Source: Myxococcota bacterium
Lineage (GTDB): Bacteria > Myxococcota_A > UBA9160 > PR03
DNA: 64,000 bases
Assembly: GCA_041611735.1 (NCBI GenBank)
Contig: JBFIML010000003.1
Location: 32,001-96,000 of the forward strand
Reading direction: 5' to 3'
In this document: piece after piece, positions 38,059-47,824 of the stretch
How the letters are laid out: every line of letters starts with the position of its first letter
How positions within the stretch are numbered: position 1 is the stretch's first letter
Notes under the pieces: generated by a model
Seen by the model: only the letters and a program-made list of their open reading frames with translations
The model's database searches: none
Told to the model about the DNA's origin: nothing
Translations under genes and position numbers: made by a program

Positions 38059-39415
38059 CGCCCGGGACCTGAGCGCCTTTCGCAGCGAGATGGACGCCCA
38101 GTCGATCGGCGCGCACATGCACGGCCTGATGGCAGAGCTCTACCCGATCTGCCGCAGCCTCACCGGGGACGGGGTTCGCGAGACCTTGCGCATCCTTCGC
38201 AAGCAGGTGCCGCTCACCGTGCACGAAGTACCCACCGGCACCCAGGTCTTCGACTGGGTGGTGCCCAGGGAGTGGAACGTACGCGACGCCTGGATCAAGG
38301 ACTCGACGGGCCGGCGGGTGGTGGATTTCCAGCGCTGCAACCTGCACGTGGTGGGCTACAGCGTGCCCGTGCGTGCGCGACTCTCGCTCGAGGAGCTCAA
38401 GCCGCACCTGTTCACGCTTCCGGAGCACCCGGATTGGATCCCGTTCCGCACCTCCTACTACCACGAGGACTGGGGATTCTGCCTGACCCACAATCAGTTG
38501 CAGGCGCTCGGGGAGGGACAATACGAGGTCTGCATCGACTCGAGCTTGAGCGAGGGAAGCCTGACCTACGGGGAGTTCGTGATCCAGGGAAGCACCGCGG
38601 ACGAGATCCTGATCTCCTGCCACGTGTGCCATCCGTCGCTCTGCAACGAGAACCTTTCCGGGGTGGTGCTGGCGTCGCTCCTGGCGCGTTCGCTGGCCGG
38701 ACTGGCGCTTCGCTACACGTATCGCTTCCTCTTCATCCCGACCACCATCGGATCGATCACCTGGCTGGCCCGGAATCGCGAGCGCGCAGCGTCCATCCGG
38801 CACGGCCTCGTCGTGGCCTGCGTCGGCGATCCCGGCCAACTCCACTACAAACGCAGCCGGCGCGGCGACGCCGAGATCGACCGGGCGGCAGCCCACGTGT
38901 TGGAGCACTGCGGCGACGGATTCGAGATCTCCGACTTCAGCCCCTACGGGTTCGACGAACGCCAGTACAGCTCACCGGGCTTCGACCTGCCGGTCGGCGT
39001 GCTGACCCGCTCGACCCATGACGGCTTTGCCCAGTATCACACCTCGGCCGACGATCTCGACCTCGTCCGGCCGGAGTATCTGGCGGATTCCTTCGAGAAG
39101 TACGTCGCCATCCTCGACGTGCTGGAGAACAACGTCCGCTACGAATCCCTGAACCCCTACGGCGAGCCCCAGCTGGGTCGGCGCGGCCTCTACCGCAGGA
39201 TCGCTGGTCAGGCCGACGGGCGCAGCCGGGAGCTCCCGCTTCTCTGGGTCCTCAATCTGGCCGATGGCACGCACACGCTGCTGGACATCGCGCAGCGGGC
39301 CCGCCTGCCCTTCGATCTGATCAAGCAGGCGGCCGACGCACTGCGCGAAGCCGGGTTGCTGGCACGCTGCGGGGAGAGCGGGAGTGGCTGCGGGAAGCAC
39401 TGGAAGAGGAGCTGA
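38051..39415 (+). CDS. DUF4910 family M28-aminopeptidase-like protein with C-terminal HTH
   Basis: LYPICRSLTGDGVRETL, FDWVVPREW, HVCHPSLCNENLSG, DERQY, YHTSADD. Confidence 0.88.
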   Translation: MPDARDLSAFRSEMDAQSIGAHMHGLMAELYPICRSLTGDGVRETLRILRKQVPLTVHEVPTGTQVFDWVVPREWNVRDAWIKDSTGRRVVDFQRCNLHVVGYSVPVRARLSLEELKPHLFTLPEHPDWIPFRTSYYHEDWGFCLTHNQLQALGEGQYEVCIDSSLSEGSLTYGEFVIQGSTADEILISCHVCHPSLCNENLSGVVLASLLARSLAGLALRYTYRFLFIPTTIGSITWLARNRERAASIRHGLVVACVGDPGQLHYKRSRRGDAEIDRAAAHVLEHCGDGFEISDFSPYGFDERQYSSPGFDLPVGVLTRSTHDGFAQYHTSADDLDLVRPEYLADSFEKYVAILDVLENNVRYESLNPYGEPQLGRRGLYRRIAGQADGRSRELPLLWVLNLADGTHTLLDIAQRARLPFDLIKQAADALREAGLLARCGESGSGCGKHWKRS

Positions 39416-39419
39416 GGCG

Positions 39420-40529
39420 ATGCGGATTCTGATCACCGGGCACGACGGCTACATCGGAGCCGTGATGGGGAAGTTGTTCGAGGCGGCCGGCCACGAGGTG
39501 CACGGACTCGATACGGGCTGGTTTCGGCACTGCGTCTTCGGTGGCGAGCCGCCGAGGGTCGAAGAGTGGATGGTCGACGTGCGCGACGCGGACGAGTCGG
39601 AGTTCTCGGGGCGCTTCCGAGGCTTCGATGCCCTCCTGCACCTGGCGGCCTTGTCGAACGACCCGTTGGGCGCACTGAGCCCCGACAGTACCCACGAGAT
39701 CAATCACCGGGCATCCGTCCACATGGCCCGGCTGGCGAAGCGCGCGGGGATCCAGCGCTTCGTCTTCTCTTCTTCTTGTAGCCTGTATGGAGCGGCGGAC
39801 GGCGCCACGGAGCTTGACGAATCGGCCCCGATGTGTCCAGTCACCGCCTATGGCGAGACGAAGATCCTGGCGGAGCGGGAGATCGCGCAGCTGGCGGACG
39901 CCAGCTTCAGCCCCACCTTCCTGCGCAATGCAACGGCCTACGGCATCTCGCCGCGTCTCCGCACCGATCTCGTGGTCAACGACCTGGTGGGTCACGCGGT
40001 CACGTCCGGAGAGGTGCTCTTGAAGAGCGACGGGACCCCGTGGCGGCCGCTGGTCCACGTGGAGGACATCGGCCGGGCGTTTCTGGCCGTGGCCCAGGCA
40101 CCGCGAGAGAGCGTCCACAACGAGGTGTTCAACATCGGGCGTCCCGGCGAGAACTACCAGGTCCGGCAGATCGCCGAGCTGGTGACGGAGATCGTCCCGG
40201 GAAGCCGCGTGACCTTCGCAGCCGGGGCGGCACCCGACCGACGCAATTATCGGGTGGATTTCTCGAAGGCGGCCCACCGCCTGCCGGGATTCGAACCGCG
40301 TTGGACCCTGCGGCGGGGGATCGAGGAGGTCTACGCGGCCTTCCGCCAACACCTGAGCCCGGAGCTGTTCGGGAGCTCGCGGTACGTGCGGCTCCCGCAG
40401 CTTCATGGGCTTCGGGCGGCAGGGGCGCTGGATGCCACGCTGCGCTGGTGCCCGCAGCCGGATGCCCCCTCGAGAGTCCGGGATCGGTCCGCCACCACCC
40501 TGGAAAGCGCTGAAGAATCGGCATCTTGA
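39420..40529 (+). CDS. NAD-dependent NDP-sugar epimerase/dehydratase/reductase
   Basis: TGHDGYIG, HLAALSNDP, SSSCSLYG, YGETK, WRPLVHVED. Confidence 0.92.
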   Translation: MRILITGHDGYIGAVMGKLFEAAGHEVHGLDTGWFRHCVFGGEPPRVEEWMVDVRDADESEFSGRFRGFDALLHLAALSNDPLGALSPDSTHEINHRASVHMARLAKRAGIQRFVFSSSCSLYGAADGATELDESAPMCPVTAYGETKILAEREIAQLADASFSPTFLRNATAYGISPRLRTDLVVNDLVGHAVTSGEVLLKSDGTPWRPLVHVEDIGRAFLAVAQAPRESVHNEVFNIGRPGENYQVRQIAELVTEIVPGSRVTFAAGAAPDRRNYRVDFSKAAHRLPGFEPRWTLRRGIEEVYAAFRQHLSPELFGSSRYVRLPQLHGLRAAGALDATLRWCPQPDAPSRVRDRSATTLESAEESAS

Positions 40530-40600
40530 GCCTGGGGGCCGAGGCGGCGCGGCTCGCGCCGGCCGGCTTTTCCCTATCCTGCGCGCACACAGGGGGACCC

Positions 40601-43294
40601 ATGACGGGCAGCCGCCGCGTCGCCAGGCGACGCGGAGCGAAGCCGCGCGCCAGCACCACCTCCGCCACGCGCGCTTCGCCTGCGACCAGGCAACGCGCGG
40701 CCTCCCATCGCCTCGCTCCTCACGTCCTTCCGCACGAGTACCACGTCCACGTGGAGGTGGATCCCGGCAGAGGCTCCACCTTCCGGGGTGAGGTGGACGT
40801 GCGGCTCCGCCTGGGCCGGTCCTGCCGCAGGGTCGAGCTACACGCCGCCGATCTGAGGGTGGCTCGCGCGCGCTTCCAGACGGCGGGGAGCGTCCGGCGC
40901 GGCCGCATCGAGGAGCGACCGGAGCGCGAGACGATCTGCGTCCACTTCGACCCGCCGCTCCCGGCTGGTGAGGGCACCTTGCGCCTCGCCTTCTCCGGAC
41001 GGCTGAGGCACGACCTGCGCGGCCTCTACGGCGCCTCGGCGGAAGGGCGTCGCTACGCCTTCACGCAGCTGGAGGCAGCCGACGCACGGCGCTTCTTCCC
41101 GTGCTTCGACGAGCCAGCCATGAAGGCCCGCTTCCGCCTGGCCGTGACCACGGGAGCCGGCAACCAGGTGATCTCCAACGCACCGATCGCCCGGACGGAG
41201 CGTCGCGACGACGGCCGCCGCACCGTGCACTTCGAGGCCACTCCTCCGCTGTCCACCTACCTGGTGGCGCTGGCCGTGGGCGCGCTCGAGGCCACGGAGC
41301 CCACGGCGCTGGGCCCGACCCCGATCCGCGTGTGGCATCCGCCGGGCAAGGGCCACCTCACCGGCTTCGCGCTGGAGGCGGCGCGCGAGTGCCTGCAACG
41401 GCTCGAGGAGTACTTCGACCTCGCCTATCCCTACGCGAAGCTCGACCTGGTGGCCGTGCCGGACTTCGAGGCAGGGGCCATGGAGAATGCCGGCGCGGTC
41501 TTCTTCCGTGAGACGCTGCTCCTGGTGGATCCCGCCACCGTGACCCTGACCGAGAGGAAGCGAGTGGCCGAGGTGATCTGCCACGAACTCGCCCACATGT
41601 GGTACGGCGACCTGGTCACCATGGCCTGGTGGGACGACCTGTGGCTGAACGAGGCCTTCGCCACCTGGATGGCCTTCCACGTGGTGGACCGCTGGCAGCC
41701 CGGCTGGAAGATGTGGCACGACTTCCAGCACCACCGCGCCGCGGCGCTGCGGCTCGATGGGCTGCGACACACCCATCCGATCCACAGCGAGGTGCGAAGC
41801 CCTGCCGAGGCCACCCAGAACTTCGATCTGATCACCTACGAGAAGGGAGCCTCCGTGGTGCGCATGATCGAGCGCTACCTGGGCCCGGAGACCTTCCGCA
41901 GCGGCGTGCGCACCTACATCCGTCGGCATCGGGAAGGGAACGCCACGGGCTCGGATCTGTGGCGTGCGCTCTCGGAGGCGGCCGCTGAGCCGGTGGAGCC
42001 GATCGTGCGCGGCTGGATCGAGCAGGCGGGGCTGCCGCTGGTGGCGCTTCGCCGTCGCGGCCGCGACGGGGCGCTTCGCGTCGAGCTGCGGCAGGAGCGC
42101 TTCCGGGCGGATGCGCGCCCGGGTGCGAGTCGGCAGGGGGGCCCCGCGCGGTCGCCACGCTGGCCGATCCCCTGGGTGGGGCAGATCGGCGACGCCCGGG
42201 GAGGGACGCGCGTCGCGCGGCACCTCCTGCGTCGTGCCCGCGAAACGGTGGAGCTCGGAGCGGAGCCGATCGCCTTCCTCTACGGCAACGCCGACGAGGG
42301 CGGCTTCTTCCGCCCGCTCCACGACGCCTCCGAGCTGGAGTGCCTGGGTCGGCATCGCCAGCGCCTCACCGCCGTGGAGCGCATGGGGCTGGTGGACCAC
42401 CAGTGGACCCTGGCCCGCGCGGGACGCGCCCCGCTGCAGGGCTTCCTCGAGCTGGTGGAGCACCTGGCCGACGAGCCGGATCCGGACGTGCTGCTGGCCC
42501 TGCGTGGCCCCTTGGGCTTCCTGGAGGACCGCCTCGCCGGGGCCGCGGGTGCCGGGGCCCCCGACCGCCTGCGGGCCTGGCTCGTGCGCCTGTACCGGGG
42601 TCCGCTGGCGGCCCTCGGCTGGGACCCGGCCGAGGACGAGCCGAACGACCCGCGGCTGCGACGGGCCGCGCTGCTCGGGATCCTCGGGGAGGTGGCCGCG
42701 TGGCCCCCGGTCCTGGAGCAGGCGGCGCAGCGCTTCCGGGCCTTCCTGGCCGACCGTCGCTCCCTGGACCCGAACCTGGCCGACGTGGTGGTGACCCTGG
42801 CCGCCCGAACCGGCGACGCGGCGCGCTTCGCCGCGCTGCTCGACGCCCTGGGGGATGCGGCGACGCCCCAGGAGCGACGCCGGTTCCTCCTCGCCCTCGG
42901 GGATTTCCGCCCTCCCGAGCAGGTGGACCGCGCCCTCGCGCTGACCCTCTCCCGGCGGGTCCCGACCCAGGACGTGGCCTTCCTGCTGGCGCGCCTGCTG
43001 CGGAACCCGGCCGGGCGCGAGCGCAGCTGGGGCTTCGTGAAGCGGCGCTGGTCGACCCTGCGTCGGCGCATGCCGCCCATGCTCGTGACCCGTCTGGTGG
43101 AGGCCACCCCCGCGCTCGGGGCGCCGCGCTGGCGTCGCGACGTGGCCGCCTTCTTCCGGACGCACCCGCTCCCCACCGGAACGCGCGCCCTGCGCCAGGC
43201 GCTGGAGCGCTTCGATCTGGACAACGCCTTCGTGCGCAGGGAAGCCGCCGGCCTGGGCCGCTGGCTCGCGGCCCGGGAGCCCCACGTCCAGTAG
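40601..43294 (+). CDS. M1 family aminopeptidase
   Basis: ARRFFPCFDEP, GAMEN, HELAHMW..LWLNEAFA, ITYEKG; ERAP1-like C-domain. Confidence 0.95.
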   Translation: MTGSRRVARRRGAKPRASTTSATRASPATRQRAASHRLAPHVLPHEYHVHVEVDPGRGSTFRGEVDVRLRLGRSCRRVELHAADLRVARARFQTAGSVRRGRIEERPERETICVHFDPPLPAGEGTLRLAFSGRLRHDLRGLYGASAEGRRYAFTQLEAADARRFFPCFDEPAMKARFRLAVTTGAGNQVISNAPIARTERRDDGRRTVHFEATPPLSTYLVALAVGALEATEPTALGPTPIRVWHPPGKGHLTGFALEAARECLQRLEEYFDLAYPYAKLDLVAVPDFEAGAMENAGAVFFRETLLLVDPATVTLTERKRVAEVICHELAHMWYGDLVTMAWWDDLWLNEAFATWMAFHVVDRWQPGWKMWHDFQHHRAAALRLDGLRHTHPIHSEVRSPAEATQNFDLITYEKGASVVRMIERYLGPETFRSGVRTYIRRHREGNATGSDLWRALSEAAAEPVEPIVRGWIEQAGLPLVALRRRGRDGALRVELRQERFRADARPGASRQGGPARSPRWPIPWVGQIGDARGGTRVARHLLRRARETVELGAEPIAFLYGNADEGGFFRPLHDASELECLGRHRQRLTAVERMGLVDHQWTLARAGRAPLQGFLELVEHLADEPDPDVLLALRGPLGFLEDRLAGAAGAGAPDRLRAWLVRLYRGPLAALGWDPAEDEPNDPRLRRAALLGILGEVAAWPPVLEQAAQRFRAFLADRRSLDPNLADVVVTLAARTGDAARFAALLDALGDAATPQERRRFLLALGDFRPPEQVDRALALTLSRRVPTQDVAFLLARLLRNPAGRERSWGFVKRRWSTLRRRMPPMLVTRLVEATPALGAPRWRRDVAAFFRTHPLPTGTRALRQALERFDLDNAFVRREAAGLGRWLAAREPHVQ

Positions 43295-43325
43295 AATCCC
43301 GGCTGCGCGCCCCAGGGAGGAGCCG

Positions 43326-44348
43326 ATGCGTCAGATCTGGATTCCGCGCGCGGGCCCGCCCGAGGTGCTCGAGGTGCGCGAGGCGCCGGACCCGCTGCCG
43401 AAGCCCGGGGAGGTGCGCATCCGGGTGCAGGCCTCCGGCGTCAACTTCGCCGACATCATGGGCCGGCTCGGGCTCTACCCCGATCTCCCCGCCATGCCGG
43501 TGGTGGTGGGCTACGAGGTGGCCGGCCGGGTGGATTCGGTGGGCGATCGCGTGGAGAGTGACTGGGTGGGGCGCGACGTGATCGCCCTCACGCGCTTCGG
43601 CGGCTATGCCGACGTGGTGTGCGTTCCCGAGATGCAGGCCCATGCGCGGCCCGACAACCTGAGCGTCGAGCAGGGTGCGGCGCTCCCGGTCAACTACCTG
43701 ACCGCGTACCAGCTGATCGAGGTGATGGGCGCCCTGCATGCGAACGAGACGATGCTCGTGCACTCCGCGGGGGGTGGGGTCGGGATCGCCGCCATCCAGC
43801 TGGCGCGCCGCATCGGAGCGCGCGTGATCGGAACCGCTTCGCTGGGCAAGCACGAGTACCTCAAGTCGCTGGGCGTGGACGCTTGCATCGACTACACCAG
43901 CGAGGACTTCGAGGAGCGGGTCCGCGAGCTCACCCAGGGCCGCGGCGTGGAGCTGGCGCTGGACGCCGTGGGCGGGAAGTCCTTCAAGAAGAGCTATCGC
44001 GCGCTGGCGCCGACCGGTCGCCTCGGCATGTTCGGCATGTCCGCGGCGGCCACCGGCAAGGAGAAGAGCTGGACGAGCTTCCTGAAGGCCGCCGCCCAGA
44101 CGCCCTGGTTCCAGTTCACCCCGCTCGCCCTCATGAACGCGAACAAGGCGGTCTTCGGCGTGAATCTCGGCCATCTCTGGGAAGAGGCGGACCGGGTGAA
44201 CCGCTGGATGGAGACCCTCCTGGGCTACGCGCGCGATGGCGCCGTCCAGCCGGTGGTGGCCGCCACCTTTCCCTTCGACCGCGCCCCCGAGGCGCACCAC
44301 TACATCCAGGACCGCAAGAACGTGGGCAAGGTGCTGCTGGTGCCCTGA
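43326..44348 (+). CDS. Medium-chain dehydrogenase/reductase (VAT-1/quinone oxidoreductase-like)
   Basis: GVNFAD, GYEVAG, PVNYLTAY, HSAGGGVG, KNVGKVLL. Confidence 0.92.
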   Translation: MRQIWIPRAGPPEVLEVREAPDPLPKPGEVRIRVQASGVNFADIMGRLGLYPDLPAMPVVVGYEVAGRVDSVGDRVESDWVGRDVIALTRFGGYADVVCVPEMQAHARPDNLSVEQGAALPVNYLTAYQLIEVMGALHANETMLVHSAGGGVGIAAIQLARRIGARVIGTASLGKHEYLKSLGVDACIDYTSEDFEERVRELTQGRGVELALDAVGGKSFKKSYRALAPTGRLGMFGMSAAATGKEKSWTSFLKAAAQTPWFQFTPLALMNANKAVFGVNLGHLWEEADRVNRWMETLLGYARDGAVQPVVAATFPFDRAPEAHHYIQDRKNVGKVLLVP

Positions 44349-44352
44349 CGTG

Positions 44353-45423
44353 ATGGAGCTGCCGCCCGCCATCCGCGGCCGAGGAGCCGCCTCCGATCCG
44401 CCCAACCGCTTCGAGCAGCTCTGCTACGAGCCCGAGCCCCCCGAGGCCATCGATCCCGGCGCGGAGCCGGTCTCGCCGCGGACCCAGTTCCTGCGCGATC
44501 CGGCGCGCCGCGTGATTGCGCGCAACGAGAGCCCGGACGTGGGCTTCGACGCCAGCTTGAACCCGTATCGGGGCTGCGAGCACGGCTGCATCTACTGCTA
44601 CGCCCGACCGACCCACGAATACCTGGGCTTCTCGGCCGGGCTGGACTTCGAGACGAAGATCCTGGTGAAGGAGGATGCGCCGGAGCTCCTGGCGCGCGAG
44701 CTGTCGGCGCCGGGCTGGACGCCCCAGGTGCTGGCGCTCTCCGGAGTGACCGATCCCTACCAGCCCATCGAGCGGCGTCTGCGGCTGACGCGCCGCTGCC
44801 TCGAGGTGCTCGAGGCGTACCGCAACCCCGTCTTGGTCATCACCAAGAACCGCCTGGTGGCGCGCGACGCGGACCTGCTGGCGGAGCTGGCCCGACACGA
44901 CGCCGTGGCCGTCTTCCTGTCGGTCACGACCCTCGACCCGGAGCTGCACCGGGTGATGGAGCCGCGCACGGCGAGTCCTGCCCTGCGGCTCGCGGCGGTC
45001 CAGACCCTGGCCCGGGCCGGCGTGCCCACCGGGGTCCTGCTGGGCCCGCTGATCCCGGGACTGACGGACCACGAGATCCCGAAGATCCTCGCGGCGGGCG
45101 CCGCCGCCGGGGCACGCTTTGCGCGCCGCACGCTGCTGCGCCTGCCCCACGCGGTGGCACCGCTCTTCGTGGACTGGCTCGAGCGGCACTTCCCGGAGCG
45201 CAAGAACAAGGTGCTGAACCGCATCCGGGAGCTGCGCGGGGGGCGGCTGAACGACCCCCGCTTCGGGCACCGCATGCACGGCCAGGGCGTCCATGCCGAG
45301 CAGATCCGCCGCCTCTTCGACCTGGCCTGCCGCCGTCACGGCCTCGCCCAGGCGGCGCCCCCGCTCTCGACCCAGGGCTTCCGCCGGCCCGGGGAGCGCC
45401 GCCAGCTCGCCCTGTTCGGCTGA
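44353..45423 (+). CDS. Radical SAM protein, PA0069/SplB-like family
   Basis: NPYRGCEHGCIYCYARPTH, SGVTDPYQP, MEPRT. Confidence 0.92.
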   Translation: MELPPAIRGRGAASDPPNRFEQLCYEPEPPEAIDPGAEPVSPRTQFLRDPARRVIARNESPDVGFDASLNPYRGCEHGCIYCYARPTHEYLGFSAGLDFETKILVKEDAPELLARELSAPGWTPQVLALSGVTDPYQPIERRLRLTRRCLEVLEAYRNPVLVITKNRLVARDADLLAELARHDAVAVFLSVTTLDPELHRVMEPRTASPALRLAAVQTLARAGVPTGVLLGPLIPGLTDHEIPKILAAGAAAGARFARRTLLRLPHAVAPLFVDWLERHFPERKNKVLNRIRELRGGRLNDPRFGHRMHGQGVHAEQIRRLFDLACRRHGLAQAAPPLSTQGFRRPGERRQLALFG

Positions 45424-45433
45424 GGCGCGGCCG

Positions 45434-47173
45434 GTGCGGAGCCTCGACGACCTCGCCCGCGTCCTGGGCCGCATCGAGCGGCGCGGCTACCGGGCCTACC
45501 GGGAGATCCGCGGCGCCTGGTCCACGGGGGACCTGGAGCTCCACGTGGACCACGTGCAGGGCGACCCGTTCGCCGCCCCTTCCCGCCTGCGGCTGCGCCT
45601 GGGACAGAGCGCGGCCCGGCTCCCCGAAGACCTGTGGCGCAGCCGCGTGCGGCGCACCGCACTCCAGGACTTCCTGGCCCGGGCGTTCCGCGACGCCATC
45701 CGCCGCGCCGGCACGGGCCGGCGCGGCAGCGGCAAGAGCGGCCTGCTTCACGTGGATGCGGGGGGTCAGGAGGTGCTGGAGCGGACGGCGGTCCGGGTGA
45801 CCTCCGCGTGGGTGGAAACCCGGCTCTCGGTGGGGCTGCCAGCCACCGGACGCAGCGTCCTCGGCAGCGAGGCCCAGGAGATCCTGTGCCGGGAGCTCCC
45901 GCGCCTGGCCGAGCAGGCGCTCTGTTGGGAGCGCGTCGCCCAGGACGAGGCGCGACGCCTGGTCGCCTGCGTGGAGAACCAGGAGCACGTGCGCGAACGC
46001 CTCGACGCCCTGGGTCTCGTGGCCTTCCTGGCGGACGGGGCGGTGCTGCCGCGGGAGAGCGGAGCGAGCGACCGCCCGTTGCGACGGGACGCGGTTCCCT
46101 TGCGGGCGCCGGAAGCCCTGCGCGTCGAGATCGAGGTCCCCAACCCCGTGGACGGCAGGAGCGTCCTGCGCGGCCTCGGCATTCCGAAGGGCGTGACGCT
46201 CGTGGTGGGCGGCGGCTATCACGGGAAGTCGACCCTGCTGCGGGCCCTCGAGCGCGGGGTCTACGCCCACATTCCGGGCGACGGACGCGAAGGCGTGATC
46301 ACCGTGCGCGACGCGGTCAAGATCCGCGCCGAGGACGGGCGCCGCGTGGAGCAGGTCGACATCCATCCGTTCGTCGCCGACTTGCCCGGCGGCCGCACGA
46401 CCGACGCCTTCTGCAGCGAAGACGCCAGCGGCAGCACGAGCCAGGCCGCCAACATCGTGGAAGCCCTGGAGGTGGGAGCGCGGCTGCTGCTCCTCGACGA
46501 GGACACGTCGGCCACCAACTTCATGGTGCGCGACGCCCGCATGCAGGCGCTGGTGACCGCCGACCGGGAGCCGATCACCCCCTTCGTGGACCGCGTGCGG
46601 GAGCTCTACGAGCGGCTGGGAGTCTCGACCATCCTCGTGATGGGTGGCTGCGGCGACTACTTCGACGTGGCCGACCTGGTGATCCGCATGGACGCCTACG
46701 TGCCGGAGGATGCCACGCGAGCGGCCCAGCGGGCGGCGGCGGAGCATCCCACCGCGCGTCGGACCGAAGCGAGCGGGCCCTTGCGGCCGGCGACCGAGCG
46801 CATTCCGCTGCCGGAGCGCTTCGACCCCTCGCGCGGACGCCACCCGGTGAAGATCGAAGCAAAGGGGCGCGACCTCGTCCTGTTCGGCCGCGAGGCGATC
46901 GACCTGCGCGCCGTGGAGCAGCTGGTGGACCCGAGCCAGACCCGGGCCGTCGGCTATGCCATCCAGCTGGCCCGCAGCCGTTGGATGGATCGCAAGCGGA
47001 CCCTGCGCGAGGTGCTGGAGGCCCTGGAGGCGGCCCTCGACGCCGAGGGACTGGACATCCTGGACCCCCTGCGTCGCGGCGAGGGCCACCCGGGCGACCT
47101 GGCCCGTCCGCGCCGCTACGAGATCGCCGCCGCCATCAACCGCCTGCGAACGGGGACGTTCTTGACCCCTTGA
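45434..47173 (+). CDS. Predicted ATPase of the ABC class (ABC-ATPase domain protein)
   Basis: DHVQGDPFAAPS, GGGYHGKST, EDASGSTSQAA, LLLDEDTSATNFM. Confidence 0.88.
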   Translation: MRSLDDLARVLGRIERRGYRAYREIRGAWSTGDLELHVDHVQGDPFAAPSRLRLRLGQSAARLPEDLWRSRVRRTALQDFLARAFRDAIRRAGTGRRGSGKSGLLHVDAGGQEVLERTAVRVTSAWVETRLSVGLPATGRSVLGSEAQEILCRELPRLAEQALCWERVAQDEARRLVACVENQEHVRERLDALGLVAFLADGAVLPRESGASDRPLRRDAVPLRAPEALRVEIEVPNPVDGRSVLRGLGIPKGVTLVVGGGYHGKSTLLRALERGVYAHIPGDGREGVITVRDAVKIRAEDGRRVEQVDIHPFVADLPGGRTTDAFCSEDASGSTSQAANIVEALEVGARLLLLDEDTSATNFMVRDARMQALVTADREPITPFVDRVRELYERLGVSTILVMGGCGDYFDVADLVIRMDAYVPEDATRAAQRAAAEHPTARRTEASGPLRPATERIPLPERFDPSRGRHPVKIEAKGRDLVLFGREAIDLRAVEQLVDPSQTRAVGYAIQLARSRWMDRKRTLREVLEALEAALDAEGLDILDPLRRGEGHPGDLARPRRYEIAAAINRLRTGTFLTP

Positions 47174-47187
47174 CTTCTTCGGGCTCC
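47151..47187. repeat. Palindromic dispersed repeat, half copy C
   Basis: CGGGGACGTTCTTGACCCCTTGACTTCTTCGGGCTCC matches the reverse complement of the copy B right arm (CGGGGACGTTCCTGGCTGATCGACCTTTCGGGCTCC). Confidence 0.75.
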
Positions 47188-47341
47188 GCCGCCGCACGCA
47201 GGCGGCTCCCCTCCGCATGGGCGGCCCGGATCGGCTCGGGGAGCCGGTATCGCGGCGCCAGGCGCAGCACCAGACGTCGCGCGGTGACGAGGCTCACCCC
47301 CCGCTCCTATACTGGGGCCTCCGCACCGAGGAGGGCAGTGC

Positions 47342-47821
47342 ATGATCCGCGGCACCCACCATGCGGCCATCTCCTCCGCCGACCTGGAGCAATCCCTGGC
47401 CTGCTACCGCGACCTGCTCGGCTTCGAGCCGGCGCTCGACTGGAGCTGGCCGGCAGGAACCGCCGACCTGAACCGCACCCACCAGCTCGCGGAGGCCGCC
47501 GGGCGCGTCGTGCTAATGCGCGCAGGCAACGCCATGCTGGAGCTCTTCGAGTACGCGACCCCGACGCCGCGCCCCGCGGACCCGACGCGTCGCCTGTGCG
47601 ACCACGGAATCACGCATCTGTGCCTCGACGTGGACGACCTGGACGCCGAGTACGCGCGCCTGCGGGCGGCCGGCGTGCGCTTCCACTGCCCGCCGGTGGA
47701 CTACGGCACGGTCAAGTGCACCTATGGGCGCGATCCGGACGGCAACGTGATCGAGCTGCAGGAGGTCAAGAGTCCCGACGACCCACTGGCGCTGGCCGTG
47801 CCCGGAAGGCACGCGGACTGA
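47342..47821 (+). CDS. VOC/glyoxalase family protein
   Basis: HHAAIS, LELFEY, GITHLCLDV, RDPDGNVIEL. Confidence 0.92.
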   Translation: MIRGTHHAAISSADLEQSLACYRDLLGFEPALDWSWPAGTADLNRTHQLAEAAGRVVLMRAGNAMLELFEYATPTPRPADPTRRLCDHGITHLCLDVDDLDAEYARLRAAGVRFHCPPVDYGTVKCTYGRDPDGNVIELQEVKSPDDPLALAVPGRHAD

Positions 47822-47824
47822 GGC

